64,000 nt of DNA from sequence record MH752840.1. One strand, 5' to 3'. Each line of letters begins with the position of its first letter. Position 1 is the stretch's first letter. The translations under genes were made by a program, and so were the position numbers. This stretch comes from Escherichia phage vB_EcoM-Pr121LW. Of this stretch, positions 1-9,842 are shown in pieces. A model generated the notes under the pieces. That model did no database searches. It had not been told where the DNA came from and saw only the letters and a program-made list of their open reading frames with translations.

Positions 1-528
1 GACAAGTTTTTCTCCTCTTTGTCAAGTGCTGCATGAAAAATTTACAATCTTGTATGGTAGCATTTTTGCGGCCCTGTTTACATTCAGCGATGTATGTATA
101 AGCCTTGTTGTGTGGGCGTTTAGACGTCTAGACGGTCAGAAGTCCGCAGGTCAATATCTAATCTATCGGCTGCTAACTATATCCCACACAAATAGTAAGA
201 AATATAATTGTTATATGCGTAAACAGTAACTCATGTTATCAATCCCTGTATGTATCGCCAGTGGTGCGCATAATGGGTATTATGTTAAATTGCCCGTAAT
301 GATAACAGTTCTCACAATGATAGGTATTCTCATTCACTCCCACAAGAGAGGTTGCAAATGTTGTGCCATTGTGTGAACGGCCTCGCCTATTAATTTGCCT
401 CACTGCCCCGATATTTGAGAATTGTTATAAGAATGAGAAGTATTCCCATTTCGTCCGCCTGGCAGCACTCCTGTAGGACAAGCACAAAATCGTGGCATAA
501 CTGGACCTGTTCAGATATTTCTGGCTGG

Positions 529-1047
529 CTCTTCAGGTCTGTGTGGGAAAAGCCAACCTCTCCGGCGGCGGGGAGGGGGTCAATTAAAAAATTTACGGGG
601 TGTATGAAGCGCTCTTCAGGCAAGGCATGTATTATTGGATTAAACCCTCTTCAGGCAATGATATTTGTGGGCGTGATATTTGCTGGAAAGCTAGATATGA
701 CGGGACTCTCGGCGGGGCAGGGGTAGTACAGACAGGGAAAATATGGAGGATGTTGGTGGGTAAATTGATCAAGCAGGCAGGGTATGGAATATGTTACAGG
801 TATGTTAAATATGGAGGGTGAATATCTGTAGGATTTATGTGTAAAATCAAAGACTTAAGTGGTGTTGTGGTATTTTCTATAAATAATTCAAGTTTAATAG
901 GGAATATTTGTCAGAAAGGCAGGTTCAGGTTATCTAAAGTAGTATTTCAGATGCATGTTTACAGAAGCAGGTAACCCCCCTCCCCCTTCGGCTACCATTC
1001 ACCTTTTCCTCTGACTGGTACTTAAACACTTATTCAGACTCTTCAGG
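529..1047. repeat. Four copies of CTCTTCAGG (529-537, 612-620, 647-655, 1039-1047) plus G/C homopolymer-rich tracts in a ~1.4 kb region with no convincing ORF
   Basis: Direct reading; the 9-mer recurs four times; GGGGAGGGGG-like tract at 569-578 and CCCCCCTCCCCC at 977-988. Confidence 0.4.
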
Positions 1048-1397
1048 TTATCACCCATATATCATATGGCAGTGACTGGTGTCCTCCGGCCCCTCTTTCG
1101 TCACCCGTCCGCTTCGCCATGCTAATGCCATAGCCAAATGTTCGGTTGTTCACCCTGTTCACTCAGGTGTATCTCCATACCCCTTCAAACCGAAGAGAAC
1201 AGAAAACCCGAATTACTCGGTAAAAGAAAAGAGAAGAACTTAATTTTATCAGGATAGGCAAGAATGTCAAGGCATGACTGCTCACTAAACAAGCAAACAG
1301 TCATGTGTGGGAGGTAAGTGATTGTGGTGGTAGGAAATTTAGTTGAAAGATGTGTTATAGGTGCTTCCAGCACTTTAGCCTGGCAGCTAATTGTGTG

Positions 1398-1613
1398 TCA
1401 GTCCAGCGGTTCATCCTCTACTTCACTGAAATCGATGTTCATGGTCTCCTCCCAACCATCAATCTCAGCACCAGAGTAGAGATCTTTAGGACTTACTCCC
1501 AAAGCCTCAGCAACAGAGTCCATATTTAACACCTCTGGCAGGTATGATTCATCGAATTCAAGGTAAATCAGGCCACGAGTGTTGTCAGCTCCACCAAATA
1601 TTTCTATCTTCAT
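1398..1613 (-). CDS. hypothetical small acidic protein (start taken at internal MKIEIF; track ORF extends to 1679)
   Basis: ORF on minus strand; MKIEI N-terminus and acidic C-terminus like neighbouring small-protein family. Confidence 0.35.
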   Translation of the reverse strand: MKIEIFGGADNTRGLIYLEFDESYLPEVLNMDSVAEALGVSPKDLYSGAEIDGWEETMNIDFSEVEDEPLD

Positions 1614-1733
1614 GAAATCTCCTCTGGAAATGAGAATGTGAACAGGGTTTATACGTCCCAATGCACAGGAATTATGCACGTTTGCCTCTTCAGGCCATGC
1701 TTTAGCATGAGGAACCTGTGTGGGCTCGGTGCT

Positions 1734-2039
1734 TCACAGTCTACCACCCCTGAACTCTTCGTGCTCAGGCATAATAGAGAACCAGATATCTACGATGTCT
1801 TCCCACGTTAAGTCATCAGCCTCAGGATCTACCTGGAGCGAAGATGGAGAATCTTCAGAATCGAAGTTTTCCTCTTTAACTGGCTCAGCCAAGGGACATA
1901 TAGTCACTCCTTTGGATGTCTCTTCAGATGCATGTGTGTTTATCATGTTCCACCCGTGAGTATTCCTGCAACAGCCGCTATGGACGTAATGATCATCAGG
2001 ATCACCACCAAAACTTCGGACAATGTTTTCATTGTGCAC
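1734..2039 (-). CDS. hypothetical protein
   Basis: ORF in minus-strand gene block; acidic composition. Confidence 0.25.
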   Translation of the reverse strand: MHNENIVRSFGGDPDDHYVHSGCCRNTHGWNMINTHASEETSKGVTICPLAEPVKEENFDSEDSPSSLQVDPEADDLTWEDIVDIWFSIMPEHEEFRGGRL

Positions 2040-2306
2040 TCCATATTCTCCAGACTATGTGTGGATACTATCATGAGAGAGGTAATGTGTCAACAGAAAT
2101 GCCGCGAGGGTTTGGTTAAAATCCGAGCGTATGGTGATTTTGGTCAAAACGGACGTGCGTTCTCGCTACGCTCGAAATATAGAGTTGTTAGTAGGAAGCT
2201 CTTAAACGCTCTGTAATGAGATTATCTGTCCAAGGTATGCAATCGTGCACTAAATAAAGAAAAGGACGCCACAGAGCGTCCTAGGTGTCTTAAATTTGAT
2301 ATTTTG

Positions 2307-2618
2307 CTATACCCATGAGGGCTTATCAAGGTTGGAGTAGCTGAAAGGTGTCAAAAGGTGATTGTCAAAATCTCTCAAACTATCCAAATCTTTTTCCTCG
2401 TCCTGACACCATCTGTGCCTACATTTATTGTTGTAGTGCATAGAATGCATAGCGTTCTGCAACTTAACAGGCACAAGTGACTCAGGGGTAGATAGTATTG
2501 TTGGGTATGCCAGAACCACCTCAAACAGTGGAAACACATCGAAACTGAAGTCTACCTCTGCAGAGGTTGATGGCATGTAGGAGTATTTAGCCGCCTTTGT
2601 AGACATAATCCACCTCAC
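2307..2618 (-). CDS. hypothetical protein
   Basis: ORF; stop overlaps start of upstream gene. Confidence 0.35.
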   Translation of the reverse strand: MRWIMSTKAAKYSYMPSTSAEVDFSFDVFPLFEVVLAYPTILSTPESLVPVKLQNAMHSMHYNNKCRHRWCQDEEKDLDSLRDFDNHLLTPFSYSNLDKPSWV

Positions 2619-2941
2619 ACAGGTTTGATAATACCTTTACCGAATAACTCTTCGTATCTAATCTTATCCGGATCCCACTCCTGGATAATTTCGAAGACAA
2701 TATCCAACCCTGGAATAATCACTTCTCCAGTGTCAAGTTTGGCAAGAACAAAACCGGAAGGTTGGATGGTTTCCCAGTTGCGACGATTGGAATAGAAGAC
2801 CTCGAAAATATCACCGACCTTGATCTGTTGATCAAGATGTTCAAGATTCTCTTTCATGTAGACGCAGCGGATTTTTCGTGCAGGCCATAGACCACCTGCA
2901 TCACGTTCATTCAATTCTTTTACAGTGATCGGTATACCCAT
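2615..2941 (-). CDS. hypothetical protein
   Basis: ORF with ATGA-type overlap to downstream gene. Confidence 0.4.
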   Translation of the reverse strand: MGIPITVKELNERDAGGLWPARKIRCVYMKENLEHLDQQIKVGDIFEVFYSNRRNWETIQPSGFVLAKLDTGEVIIPGLDIVFEIIQEWDPDKIRYEELFGKGIIKPV

Positions 2942-2961
2942 CTCAAATCTCCTTCATAGAT

Positions 2962-2990
2962 AGTAAAAAGAGGGGCCCAAGCCCCTCTCT
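2962..2990 (-). terminator. rho-independent terminator (minus strand)
   Basis: 8-bp stem AGAGGGGC/GCCCCTCT with 4-nt loop, followed on minus strand by TTTTTACT. Confidence 0.55.
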
Positions 2991-2996
2991 TTGTCA

Positions 2997-3302
2997 TTAT
3001 TCTACAGAGCGTTTGAACAGAATGTCTGCCTCGGACATGTGCTCAACCTCTTCTTCGATTTTAGCTCGACGTTTTTCAGCCTCATATCGAATATCGAACT
3101 CGGTAGCCACCAGAGATTTGATGAATTTAGGAGAATACAGATGATCCTGCTTCTCAACAAGAATGATATCCTTGATGGCATCTTTCAGATCTTTAATCTG
3201 AAGTTGGAGTTCCACCAGTTCTTCGATTGTTTTGCGAAGGCGATCACGCTCTGCAGTGTCAGAAGGAAGAGAGGTGAACAGTTCAACTTTAGATTTAGCC
3301 AT
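2997..3302 (-). CDS. hypothetical coiled-coil protein
   Basis: ORF; charged helical composition; followed by terminator. Confidence 0.4.
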   Translation of the reverse strand: MAKSKVELFTSLPSDTAERDRLRKTIEELVELQLQIKDLKDAIKDIILVEKQDHLYSPKFIKSLVATEFDIRYEAEKRRAKIEEEVEHMSEADILFKRSVE

Positions 3303-3330
3303 AGTAAGAGTCTCCTTATGTTGTTTTAAA

Positions 3331-3582
3331 TTAACGTTCTACAAAAATACCGTTCAGTTCAATAACCAGGAATTTCTGGTCTTCACTATCGTCTCGTGCC
3401 AGCACCTCACAGACGTATCGGTCATCCCCATCATCATCGCAGTCAAATACAAGACTGAGGACTTTATCATGATAAATCTTCGACACGACTGCCTCGTAAG
3501 TATTGCCGATTGTGAATCCAAGATAATCTCCAATGCATTTGACAACAACATGATCGCCAGCATTCAAGTCAATCTTCGTCAT
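3331..3582 (-). CDS. hypothetical protein (start at internal MTKIDL; track ORF to 3648)
   Basis: ORF; acidic tail DCDDDGDD. Confidence 0.35.
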   Translation of the reverse strand: MTKIDLNAGDHVVVKCIGDYLGFTIGNTYEAVVSKIYHDKVLSLVFDCDDDGDDRYVCEVLARDDSEDQKFLVIELNGIFVER

Positions 3583-3737
3583 TACTGCGCCCCTTTGGTA
3601 ATAATACTGTATGTAAAACTTTAACCAGAGATGTGAATAACGCCCCAAAACACACCGATAGCGCTAAAACAGACAAGGCCATCATTAAAGCTTCAGTAAA
3701 ATCAGTCACTCCTCACCTCTTGTTAGTCACTATACTG

Positions 3738-4001
3738 TCATTTATCCTTGCCGTCAAGAACTTTTTTAAATCTTTCAGGGATATCGCCTGTTCTTAGATA
3801 GCTCATGACCTCACAAGGTTCCCACTTGAATTTCTTACAAAGCAGGGCGGCTGAGATTGTTTCATTGCGAAAAGAAAGGATATTAATATCCCATTCTGAG
3901 AACCCCAACTTCCGAAGGGTAGCTACAGAAATCCTCACCGCAACCCAGCAGCAAAAACATGCAACAAACGCCACTGCTATAACCCATATCAGGATGTTCA
4001 T
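3738..4001 (-). CDS. hypothetical membrane protein (one N-terminal TM helix)
   Basis: Hydrophobic N-terminus ILIWVIAVAFVACFCCWVAV. Confidence 0.35.
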   Translation of the reverse strand: MNILIWVIAVAFVACFCCWVAVRISVATLRKLGFSEWDINILSFRNETISAALLCKKFKWEPCEVMSYLRTGDIPERFKKVLDGKDK

Positions 4002-4090
4002 ACAAGCACCTCACTGAAATACAAGACACAGTGTTAAGGTTACAGACCAGCAAATAATTAACAGTGCCGTTGCAACCTTGGCAAGATTTA

Positions 4091-4378
4091 TCATAGTGCC
4101 TCTAAGATTTCATATCCTTCGGGTCGGAATACAAGCCACTCCGTGGATCCGTTTGGTCGATACGCTTTATACAGAACAACCTGATCTCGGCACATGCACA
4201 TAGCTACATAGTTTTCATCCACACCTGCAGCCTGCATTGCAGCTTCTTCTCCGGCAACTGCTTTGCTTACAACCTCCTTAGTAGGCAGGTGTGCGATCAG
4301 CTCGTCACCATCATTAATTCCAAAATGGCTGAGTTCTCCATTGGTATCTTTAATCTTAATCTTAACCAGATCTTTCAT
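4091..4378 (-). CDS. small acidic protein, paralog family A
   Basis: MK(D/I)..K.K N-terminus, acidic C-terminus; ATGA overlap with neighbour. Confidence 0.45.
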   Translation of the reverse strand: MKDLVKIKIKDTNGELSHFGINDGDELIAHLPTKEVVSKAVAGEEAAMQAAGVDENYVAMCMCRDQVVLYKAYRPNGSTEWLVFRPEGYEILEAL

Positions 4379-4707
4379 TAGTCTTCCTCCAGGTTCAAAG
4401 GCCCTAAGATTTCATATGCCAGATTAGAAGTTACCAAAGGATCTTCTGCATCTTTAGTATTGTACCACCCATGAATAACCAGGGTCCCACTTTGTTTCAT
4501 GTCCAACTGGAACTCTTCTGCCGTTTCCTCATCCAGCTCCAAGATTTCCATAAGGTATTTGATGTTAGGAAGGTATGCAGCTGTTACAGTTCCCTCCACC
4601 AAACCTTCGGGCCAACCTACATCCGGATGACAAGTAGGAACCAAGTTGGTCAGCTTAATGGTGTACGCTTTTTCTGCACGAGCTTTCAGTAACTGGTCAA
4701 TCTTCAT
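4378..4707 (-). CDS. small acidic protein, paralog family A
   Basis: ORF, overlapping stop/start with neighbours. Confidence 0.45.
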   Translation of the reverse strand: MKIDQLLKARAEKAYTIKLTNLVPTCHPDVGWPEGLVEGTVTAAYLPNIKYLMEILELDEETAEEFQLDMKQSGTLVIHGWYNTKDAEDPLVTSNLAYEILGPLNLEED

Positions 4708-5057
4708 TATTCGTCCTCCTCTTCGGTGCCTGCTTCCAGTAATAAGTTAAGAATATCTTCTGCACAAGGCTCATAGAACTCTTGGCCTTCATTATCGATG
4801 ATTTTGTAGTCATCTCCACGAATAATCAGGGGATCACTCTCAAAATTATCAAGACCTTTAACAACGACAACACGATCGATTGCCATCATTGTAAGAACTT
4901 TATCGACATCTTCCTCTGCTACACCGTACTGCAGCAGAATGTCTTTGGTAGGAGGAACAGCATCCACCACAACACCGTTACCAAAACCTTCCGGAAGATT
5001 AGCTAAAATATCTTCCGGAACCACATTAACATCAAAACCAGTAATTTCTACTTTCAT
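4707..5057 (-). CDS. small acidic protein, paralog family A
   Basis: MKVEITGFD N-terminus, acidic tail EEEDE. Confidence 0.45.
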   Translation of the reverse strand: MKVEITGFDVNVVPEDILANLPEGFGNGVVVDAVPPTKDILLQYGVAEEDVDKVLTMMAIDRVVVVKGLDNFESDPLIIRGDDYKIIDNEGQEFYEPCAEDILNLLLEAGTEEEDE

Positions 5058-5318
5058 TTACAGCACCTCTTCGTCAACTACTTCATAAAAATGGCCTGGG
5101 ATTGCAATAGCGTTCTCACCTTCACCTACAAACACAGTTCCGTCAAGAATCAACATCATAAGAATTTCTGGAATATCCTCTTCCGGAACGTTGCCAAAAC
5201 CTTTAATCAGCTTGTAGGTTGGAAGATTTACCTCTAAGATGTCACCATCTTTAGAGCGGAAATCAACACCATCCTGAATCTCTGCCATTTCAAGGTTTTT
5301 CAGTTTAATCTTCATCAA
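5058..5318 (-). CDS. small acidic protein, paralog family A
   Basis: MMKIKLKN N-terminus, C-terminus VVDEEVL. Confidence 0.45.
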   Translation of the reverse strand: MMKIKLKNLEMAEIQDGVDFRSKDGDILEVNLPTYKLIKGFGNVPEEDIPEILMMLILDGTVFVGEGENAIAIPGHFYEVVDEEVL

Positions 5319-5394
5319 TCAGTCTCCTGTCTTGTTAAGATGAAGGTATTATTTCACACAGGGTTGGTGTTGTCAACACCTGTGTGCAAGAAAA

Positions 5395-5790
5395 TTACTG
5401 AAACAGTGCGGATAAATTACCTTCTGGTGGGAACTTATCTGCCAAAAACGGTGTTAGCACAGTAGCCTTCTGAAGATCTGGGGTCCACTCGTTGTTCAGA
5501 ACATCCCAGTAGTACGCAATGTTGCTGTGTGGGTGCCGCATTACGAACTTTTTCCCTTCGTAATCATCTGAAACCTCTACAGAAGAAATAACAACAGAAT
5601 CTTCAAGGGTTTCTTCATAGAAAGATCCGCCTTCAAATTTCCAACGAGATGCAAGAGCCCCTGCCTTGAACGCTGCAGATAAAGGACTGTCGGCAAGAAC
5701 ATACATTTCTTGCACTCTGTCGCTGCGATCTTTGCTTCTTACGTTGTATACAGTATCTGAGCTATACTCGACACGGTATAGGCTTATCAT
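5395..5790 (-). CDS. hypothetical protein, paralog of 7599-8012
   Basis: Shared HP.S...YW.....WTP motif with 7599-8012 product. Confidence 0.4.
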   Translation of the reverse strand: MISLYRVEYSSDTVYNVRSKDRSDRVQEMYVLADSPLSAAFKAGALASRWKFEGGSFYEETLEDSVVISSVEVSDDYEGKKFVMRHPHSNIAYYWDVLNNEWTPDLQKATVLTPFLADKFPPEGNLSALFQ

Positions 5791-6122
5791 TACCGCACCT
5801 CCTCAATAACTTCCACATCTGAACCAACAACAAATGCAAAAGGACAGGTTTCATGAAAGACATCCGGATCGCCGCCAAGCTTGCTAACAATTTCTCCACC
5901 ATTAATAAACACAAGCTCACCGATATTCATCAGATTGCTGAAATAGTATCCATAATGATTAAAGAATGCAGCGGGGTCAGGTAGACTAGTAGCCTCAAGC
6001 ACTACATCGGTTGAGGTTACTTTCTTATCATAACCTCTCGCCTTTTGAGATGCAAGATCTGCAGAATCCTCAGGCGACCGGAGATGCACAGGAATTGTTT
6101 CACCAATAAAGCGTACTTTCAT
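5790..6122 (-). CDS. small acidic protein, paralog family B (start at MKVRF; track ORF to 6149)
   Basis: MKVRF N-terminus and SDVEVIEE C-terminus resemble 8009-8480 paralogs. Confidence 0.4.
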   Translation of the reverse strand: MKVRFIGETIPVHLRSPEDSADLASQKARGYDKKVTSTDVVLEATSLPDPAAFFNHYGYYFSNLMNIGELVFINGGEIVSKLGGDPDVFHETCPFAFVVGSDVEVIEEVR

Positions 6123-6126
6123 ATTA

Positions 6127-6390
6127 TCACCCAACAACCATAGCTTCAAAAGGAGTCATGAACGAATAAACGGCATCATCATCTGCTTCAGGGAATGCTC
6201 CCAAAGACTTCATATCTGAGCCCTTGACAAATACAAGGTTTTGATCAAAGGCTTCTTGGGGGTCAATCCGATACATATTTCGTAAAATATCGCTTACCTC
6301 CTCATCAAGAGGTGAGTATGCTGTGCACGTTTTTCCGATCAAGCTTTGAGAATCAGGGTATCCACCTGAAGTTTTAAAATAAACAATCAT
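6127..6390 (-). CDS. hypothetical protein
   Basis: ORF in operon. Confidence 0.35.
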   Translation of the reverse strand: MIVYFKTSGGYPDSQSLIGKTCTAYSPLDEEVSDILRNMYRIDPQEAFDQNLVFVKGSDMKSLGAFPEADDDAVYSFMTPFEAMVVG

Positions 6391-6481
6391 ATAGTATCAC
6401 CTCTGGTAAGAGATTGGGACTCCTTTCCCACAAATAATTACAAATCTTCCTTAGCGAGGAAGTATGCTAATCCAAGCAGGA

Positions 6482-6751
6482 TTATTCCTCTACAATCTCA
6501 TACACATCAGGAGTTACAATCAACTCTTCTCCGTTACCCGGTGCAACAAACACCACCAAGCCTTCAGGTGTGTGCTTTTTAGCCATCTCGATAACATCTT
6601 CTCGCAGAGCTGGCTCCATCAGATCAAAACCTTCACCCAGTGCATCACGAACTACCTTCATGTAGTCCACTGGTTGTGCTTCAACGATCATGCCTTCAAC
6701 CAGTCCACAGTTTTTGTCTGCCAGCTCAGTTTTGAATAATTTAATTTTCAT
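6482..6751 (-). CDS. small acidic protein, paralog family A
   Basis: MKIKLFK N-terminus, YEIVEE C-terminus. Confidence 0.45.
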   Translation of the reverse strand: MKIKLFKTELADKNCGLVEGMIVEAQPVDYMKVVRDALGEGFDLMEPALREDVIEMAKKHTPEGLVVFVAPGNGEELIVTPDVYEIVEE

Positions 6752-6888
6752 TTAGAGGTCTCCTCAATTATTTGATATTAATAGCCGTAACCTAACACAT
6801 TAACTACAACTGCGATTGCAAACATAATTTCAAAGCATGCAATCTCTACATTTGGGACTAATTTCTTAATCACGCCCATTATAGCACC

Positions 6889-7206
6889 TCATTCTCCAAA
6901 GTCAATCTTTACTTTGCCTTTCCCCTTACCTTTCTTTCCACCGCATTTAGCCAGCTGACGTGCTGCAACATCTACCATACGGTCAGTTGCCTCGTAAGCA
7001 TCGCTACCTTTAGCTTTGGCGATAACTTCTTTCCCAGAATTGTCAAAAATAAAAGCCATAACTTCCTGGTGATCATTTTCAACTTTTACACTCACACGTG
7101 CATAGTTGGCAGATGGGTGCAAACGCTCCAGTTTGGACATTTTGTGGGAAATGAAAGACACCATACCTTCAGTGATCTCTACGTTGCCAGTGATTTCAAT
7201 TTGCAT
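6889..7206 (-). CDS. hpf: ribosome hibernation promoting factor / RaiA (ribosomal S30AE family) homolog
   Basis: MQIEITGNVEITEGM... N-terminus and spacing of KLE, VKVE, AKG.D.Y.A.D, DV.ARQL match bacterial HPF/YfiA as recalled; lysine/glycine-rich tail. Confidence 0.65.
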   Translation of the reverse strand: MQIEITGNVEITEGMVSFISHKMSKLERLHPSANYARVSVKVENDHQEVMAFIFDNSGKEVIAKAKGSDAYEATDRMVDVAARQLAKCGGKKGKGKGKVKIDFGE

Positions 7207-7290
7207 AACGTGTTCCTTTTAAGGAAGAGGGAATAACTATCTCTCTTTGAAAACAATGATACTAAATCTGAAGCGTTGTGTCAACAGTTT

Positions 7291-7581
7291 TTACAGCTTG
7301 TTGTCGATAGTTTTTAAAATATCCACTGCAAGATCTGCCATTTTACGAACATACTCTGCAAACTCAACAGGATCCTTGATCAATGAGTTCACAGGGTCAT
7401 ACCCTAAAGCGTTTAAAATGGCTACAGCATCCACAACCTTCTCATCGTTTGCGAAGATCTCACCGTCAAACTTGTAGGTCCATTTTGAGTCAATCTTGGC
7501 ATGGCAGGATTGGTCCATGCTTATTACACCATCTTTTTTAGACGATTCTGTGTTATCAGTATCCAAAACTAAATCCATCAT
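7291..7581 (-). CDS. hypothetical protein
   Basis: ORF. Confidence 0.35.
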   Translation of the reverse strand: MMDLVLDTDNTESSKKDGVISMDQSCHAKIDSKWTYKFDGEIFANDEKVVDAVAILNALGYDPVNSLIKDPVEFAEYVRKMADLAVDILKTIDNKL

Positions 7582-7598
7582 GTAAGTACTCCACTATT

Positions 7599-8012
7599 TC
7601 AGCTTATCTTTTCTTCAACAACCCCATAGCTTGGGGCAGAGTCAAGAGCTTTCTGGTTCAAAAGTGGTGTAGCAGAATCTGCAAACGGTGTCCAGGTTTT
7701 TGTTCTGGCATTCCAGTAATGCTTCACTCTGGAATCAGGATGCACTATAACAAAAACTTTTTCACTTGTCAACACATTAATTTCTTCCACACCCTTACTG
7801 ACAATTTCTCCGTCATAGCCCCCAGTCTGGTATCCTTCGTACCAGGTTCTTGCATAGGCATATCCGGCCTGCCAGCATGCAGCCTCTTCAGAGGTGGAGA
7901 CTACGTAGAAGTCTTTCTCAAATTCCGGGATACGCCCTTGCTTTACGCTCCAAGCTCCGCGAATTTTCATTGTAACTTTGAACAGTTTATTTTTCACAAC
8001 AGTCCCCATCAC
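7599..8012 (-). CDS. hypothetical protein, paralog of 5395-5790
   Basis: Shared IVHPDSRVKHYWNARTKTWTP motif. Confidence 0.4.
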   Translation of the reverse strand: MMGTVVKNKLFKVTMKIRGAWSVKQGRIPEFEKDFYVVSTSEEAACWQAGYAYARTWYEGYQTGGYDGEIVSKGVEEINVLTSEKVFVIVHPDSRVKHYWNARTKTWTPFADSATPLLNQKALDSAPSYGVVEEKIS

Positions 8013-8263
8013 AGCTCTAAAATATCTGCATCTGACCCTGCCCCAAAGGCATAATACGAGTCCTCTCCGAAATAATATTCCGGGGCACCAGCCGCTATTA
8101 GGTCTGATCCCAAGATGAAAACCACATTGTGGCCTACATAGCTGTGATTTTGCCGCACAGGATCATCCCACGGCAACTCTTCGAAGTATACAGCAGGTAC
8201 GACCTTTCCCTTCAGGAAGGATTGTCCCAAGTAGACGTTAGAGTCAAGAATTTTAACTTTCAT
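8009..8263 (-). CDS. small protein, paralog family B (DLIAAGA motif)
   Basis: MKVKILDS...DLIAAGA shared with 8253-8480 and 11907-12140. Confidence 0.45.
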   Translation of the reverse strand: MKVKILDSNVYLGQSFLKGKVVPAVYFEELPWDDPVRQNHSYVGHNVVFILGSDLIAAGAPEYYFGEDSYYAFGAGSDADILEL

Positions 8264-8480
8264 GATCGTCCTCCACTACCTCCACATCCTCCCCTAGGGC
8301 AAAGTTGTAGGTCCACTGACTGTCAAAGCATTCCTGAGATGCACCAGCGGCAATAAGATCTGCCCCTTTTATTTTTAAAAGGTCAGGGTAATCTTCGTTA
8401 GGGACAGCAGTAAACACTTTCCCTACTAAAAGCTCCTGACCAATATAGAAGCTTGAATCTAAAACTCTAACTTTCATCAA
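8253..8480 (-). CDS. small protein, paralog family B (DLIAAGA motif)
   Basis: MMKVRVLDS...ADLIAAGA. Confidence 0.45.
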   Translation of the reverse strand: MMKVRVLDSSFYIGQELLVGKVFTAVPNEDYPDLLKIKGADLIAAGASQECFDSQWTYNFALGEDVEVVEDDHES

Positions 8481-8764
8481 CGGTCTCCATCAGGTGGTTG
8501 TGGGACGTAAACACTGTTACGAATATCGTCCGCAGTATAGTAATAAGTGTCTCCAACCCTATCTCTAGCTGCAATGTACTCTGCTATACCAATAAGTGCC
8601 ATTGATTTGGTGGCGTATCTTCCCAACTCGTTAGCTCCCCAGTAGAATTTAGACCAATAGGGAATAAGACCGAACAAATATACCTTTTGACGAACTTCCC
8701 AGTAAGTGCCTTTCCCGACAAGTTTAAACTCGACTTCACCACTGTTAATCTTTTTCATTATCAA
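8477..8764 (-). CDS. hypothetical protein
   Basis: ORF with 4-nt overlaps. Confidence 0.35.
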   Translation of the reverse strand: MIMKKINSGEVEFKLVGKGTYWEVRQKVYLFGLIPYWSKFYWGANELGRYATKSMALIGIAEYIAARDRVGDTYYYTADDIRNSVYVPQPPDGDR

Positions 8765-9156
8765 TCTCCCTCCACCGTGGTCGGATTGTCAGTAAGAAAT
8801 TGAGCATTAGCTGGAGGAACACCTGACATTTTCCACACAACCATAAGTTTGTAACCAGGCACTCTATTAAGTGCAGATCGAGTAGAGTTTGTGCACGTAT
8901 ACTTTCGCTTTCCAAACCCGTTCTCCATCATAATCCAGTACCCAGTATCTTTGTCACCAGGTATTGGTAGACCACCTTCATCAACCCACTGAATGGACCA
9001 CGGCACGATGGCTACAGCTTTATATTTAAACTTTTTAAACCACTGAAAAAGTTTCATAATCCAGCCTCGCATAGACATAATCACTATAAACAGGCAAACA
9101 ATGAATCCGAATGCCACGCCACCCATAAACGTTAATATTGATGCAATCATAGTCAA
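8761..9156 (-). CDS. hypothetical membrane-anchored protein
   Basis: N-terminal hydrophobic helix IASILTFMGGVAFGFIVCLFIVIM. Confidence 0.35.
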   Translation of the reverse strand: MTMIASILTFMGGVAFGFIVCLFIVIMSMRGWIMKLFQWFKKFKYKAVAIVPWSIQWVDEGGLPIPGDKDTGYWIMMENGFGKRKYTCTNSTRSALNRVPGYKLMVVWKMSGVPPANAQFLTDNPTTVEGD

Positions 9157-9338
9157 TCAGCCTCGCTTGGCAACTCTTCTACCTTAACATGCCGAAAAGT
9201 GTTACCGTAATGGTTGATCCATGACATCAGCTCGCTTTCTTGCTCTTCCTCTGGAATGCACTCTCGAATGCTGACAAGTTTTAAGAAAACCCAATCGCAA
9301 TCTGCACCCATTCTACCAGATAGACAATAGTGCTTCAT
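9153..9338 (-). CDS. hypothetical small protein
   Basis: ORF, overlaps neighbour. Confidence 0.3.
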   Translation of the reverse strand: MKHYCLSGRMGADCDWVFLKLVSIRECIPEEEQESELMSWINHYGNTFRHVKVEELPSEAD

Positions 9339-9357
9339 AAAAACCCTCTACCTTGGT

Positions 9358-9558
9358 TTAGAATACTGCCTCTTTTAATGATCCAAGGAGCAGTAGGTGT
9401 GAAATCTGATCCACATTCATGGTAGATTCAATCTCCTCTTTTTTGAAAGGTTCTCGGCAAAACAGTACTACATTTGGGTTTTCGCTACGCACTATATAAT
9501 ACAGATCGTTCAAATCATTCTCATAGTAGGTATTAAATTTAAGAATTTTGTCACTCAT
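9358..9558 (-). CDS. hypothetical small protein
   Basis: ORF. Confidence 0.3.
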   Translation of the reverse strand: MSDKILKFNTYYENDLNDLYYIVRSENPNVVLFCREPFKKEEIESTMNVDQISHLLLLGSLKEAVF

Positions 9559-9842
9559 TTTCTAATCCTCTTCTTAGATTTTTGGGGAGAAACGCTTTCT
9601 GCAATACGAGACAAACGTTCTTCTGAAGCCTTTCCTATTCCAGGTTTTTTGAGTGGATTATCTTTATGACCACAATCCAATTGGATATTGGACACCTCTC
9701 CCACTTTGTAAGCCAATTCTAGCAAAAGGTTGTCGTCCTTGTCAAATGTTTTTACGATAAATTTTTTATCGTCCTCCTGAACCTCATATCTGGTACCTGC
9801 AGTATACAGCATGGTGCCATCAGTATAGGATATCCAGATCAT
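9555..9842 (-). CDS. hypothetical protein
   Basis: ORF. Confidence 0.35.
   Translation of the reverse strand: MIWISYTDGTMLYTAGTRYEVQEDDKKFIVKTFDKDDNLLLELAYKVGEVSNIQLDCGHKDNPLKKPGIGKASEERLSRIAESVSPQKSKKRIRK

Noticed and set aside
26-821. ORFs 26-229(+), 390-623(-), 415-726(+), 600-821(+)
   Set aside because: Mutually overlapping, no RBS, implausible amino-acid composition; region treated as noncoding.
1185-1373. 62-aa minus-strand ORF
   Set aside because: Poor composition, no RBS, inside the repeat-containing noncoding region.
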